A stretch of 26,231 nt of DNA from the IMG/VR virus record IMGVR_UViG_3300035661_000295, positions 1-26,231 of that record; one strand, given 5' to 3'. The translations under genes and the position numbers were made by a program. Positions 24,587 through 26,231 of this stretch are shown here, in pieces. The notes beneath the pieces are model-generated. The model was not told the DNA's origin and ran no database searches. It worked only from the letters and a program-made list of their open reading frames with translations. Numbering within the stretch: the stretch's first letter is position 1; each line of letters starts with the position of its first letter. The DNA comes from a virus. Its lineage: Duplodnaviria > Caudoviricetes.

Positions 24587-25302
24587 CAACAACCTCCCAT
24601 TACTTCGAGAATGTGGCCCTGGACGTAGCGTGGCATAGCGATCAGATTGACGAACGCATAGCCAACCTCGTCGGTTGTGGTATAGCGACCTTCCGGGACC
24701 ATGGAGATAGCGTAGCGGAGAGACTCCTCCTCGCTCCAACCACGCAATTGGCAGACCTGGAGATCCACCATCTCGGACATGCGAGTGTCTTTGATCTTCC
24801 CAGGAGCAAGACCGAGAACTTGCCAGCCCAGCGACGCGAGTTCGCGAGCCAGGTTCTTGACCATGTAGTTCAACCCAGCCTTGGAAGCTCCGTAGAGAGT
24901 GGAGCAGCGCATGTTGATCCGGGCTGCAGCTGAGGTCACGAATACCATTTGGCGCTCTGGCCAGGTGCTATCCGGATCCTTGCTATGCAGTTTCTGAATC
25001 TCAACCACCTTGTTGGCGATGAAGTAAGGAATGGTGAGGTTCGTACGGATTATGTCCTCGTCCTCGTCAGGAGTGTCACCGACCCAGCTGAGGTGGTGGA
25101 TCCCGAAGTTCAGGACTACCATGTCTGGAACTGATCCGTGTTCGGAGATGATATTCTCGACGAATGCGCCAATTGTAGCCAGGGATCGATTACGGAGGTA
25201 GTCTCCCAAGATGTTGTGGACCTCGTAACCCTGGAACTGCAGACAGTCCCTGAGCTCAGATCCGAGTCCCTGCTCGGCACCGGTGATGAGAGCCCACTTC
25301 AT
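24586..25302 (-). CDS. Short-chain dehydrogenase/reductase (SDR)
   Basis: ALITGAEQGLG (TGxxxGxG), LNFG, catalytic S in VTSAAA, YGASK (YxxxK), LARELA and PG.I. Confidence 0.9.
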   Translation of the reverse strand: MKWALITGAEQGLGSELRDCLQFQGYEVHNILGDYLRNRSLATIGAFVENIISEHGSVPDMVVLNFGIHHLSWVGDTPDEDEDIIRTNLTIPYFIANKVVEIQKLHSKDPDSTWPERQMVFVTSAAARINMRCSTLYGASKAGLNYMVKNLARELASLGWQVLGLAPGKIKDTRMSEMVDLQVCQLRGWSEEESLRYAISMVPEGRYTTTDEVGYAFVNLIAMPRYVQGHILEVMGGC

Positions 25303-25664
25303 CGACGCACCGCCTTCTTCTTAACGACAGGTTTCTTTGCAGCCGGACTCTTGGTTTTAGATTTGGATGGTTCTGGGTTCGTGTAGGCCTCTAGCATGAA
25401 TGAGTAGACGCCATCGTCGTGGATGGAATCCAAGTGTCCACCTTGCTCGAAGTTGTTGCAGTAGCGCACAAGCTTGGTGATCTTGAGGTTCAGCAGAGAG
25501 AAACGCTGGAAGTCCTCGGCTCCGAAGATGGAGATCCCGTTTGGAAACAAAGCCTTCATGACGTTCCCGTGCATGTCGGCGGAGTTACCGTAGGTCTTGT
25601 TCCGCTCCTTGAAGGTCTCCAGTGCTGCTTCAAGGATGCCTGGAACCTGGTGGATCTTAGACAT
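25299..25664 (-). CDS. Nmad1/DUF6378-like all-alpha protein (putative nucleotide pyrophosphatase fold)
   Basis: L..A..TF.ERN..YG, K..RY, H.DS.HD..VY.FMLE pattern. Confidence 0.65.
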   Translation of the reverse strand: MSKIHQVPGILEAALETFKERNKTYGNSADMHGNVMKALFPNGISIFGAEDFQRFSLLNLKITKLVRYCNNFEQGGHLDSIHDDGVYSFMLEAYTNPEPSKSKTKSPAAKKPVVKKKAVRR

Positions 25665-26224
25665 TACTCACCTCCCATAAAGCGCCGATGGCGCATCAGC
25701 AGAATTTCCGCGACTTTGGTTGCCTCGGGCAGACCAATCTCGCAAATATAGTTGTAGCAGTTGGTTATTGCGTAGCTGATGTGACGATTCCCGGAGGTTT
25801 CCTCGGCCATGCAGAAAAGCAGAGCCTCCAAGTAGTCGGCACACTTCAGCTTCTTCCTTTCTTCGATTGAGAGATTACTCTCGTGATAACCACCGAAACC
25901 CTCTCTTGCCATGAAAGAGATTTCAGCATCGTCCATGATTTTCTTCAGCGCAGGGAAGGCACGCTTCACAGGGCCAGGCATATCGCCAGTGTGCTTCTCG
26001 GCGATGTCATGAAAAATCGCGGCTCGAAGAAGCTCGATTGAGCTATATGGCCACAAGATACAAACAGTTGCCGCGACTCCGAAGCTATGCGCAGCTACGT
26101 CTTGTGGATCGTTGAGGTGGTGTATATGATAGCGCCGGACTTGTCCACTAGACCAAGCGTTCACGATCTGATTACAGACTATCCAGATGGGACCTTCTCT
26201 ATCTGGCGACATCTCAGTCAACAA
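25664..26224 (-). CDS. HD-domain phosphohydrolase (YfbR-like 5'-deoxynucleotidase family)
   Basis: V.RYH, Q.VAAHSFGV, AIFHD.AE..TGDMP.PVK, K.AD.LE. Start uncertain: the frame is open to the window edge and there is an alternative ATG at 26212. Confidence 0.9.
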   Translation of the reverse strand: MLTEMSPDREGPIWIVCNQIVNAWSSGQVRRYHIHHLNDPQDVAAHSFGVAATVCILWPYSSIELLRAAIFHDIAEKHTGDMPGPVKRAFPALKKIMDDAEISFMAREGFGGYHESNLSIEERKKLKCADYLEALLFCMAEETSGNRHISYAITNCYNYICEIGLPEATKVAEILLMRHRRFMGGE

Positions 26225-26231
26225 ATGTCTC

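Noticed and set aside
25299-26224. Firm call as DatZ/MazZ of a Z-genome system
   Set aside because: No purZ in the window, the polymerase is family C, and motifs alone do not fix the substrate.
1-26231. CRISPR array, tRNA, rRNA, integrase or IS element
   Set aside because: No spaced direct repeats, cloverleaf or recombinase/transposase motifs seen.

Overview
A 26-kb segment of a tailed dsDNA phage with two convergent arms. The plus strand (1-11068) carries a lambda-like siphovirus tail-tip module: tape-measure C-terminus, M, L, K, I and a shortened J. It continues with a 1156-aa modular tail fibre ending in a Hint (intein-like) domain, then a lysis cassette with a DUF5675-type endolysin and a 3-TM holin. 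A bidirectional terminator at ~11100 separates the arms. The minus strand (11222-26231) carries a PD-(D/E)xK nuclease, a SNF2 helicase, a UvrD-like helicase, a 634-aa multidomain protein and a run of small early-type genes. It ends in a tightly coupled operon: HD hydrolase, Nmad1/DUF6378-like protein, SDR oxidoreductase, DnaQ, DnaE. The main finds are (i) a type II hammerhead ribozyme with a likely pseudoknot in the leader of the small-gene operon, (ii) the Hint-capped tail fibre, (iii) a candidate nucleotide-modification pathway coupled to the replicase and (iv) a possible RBS-switching RNA upstream of the SNF2 helicase. All family calls come from motif recognition by eye; no searches were run.
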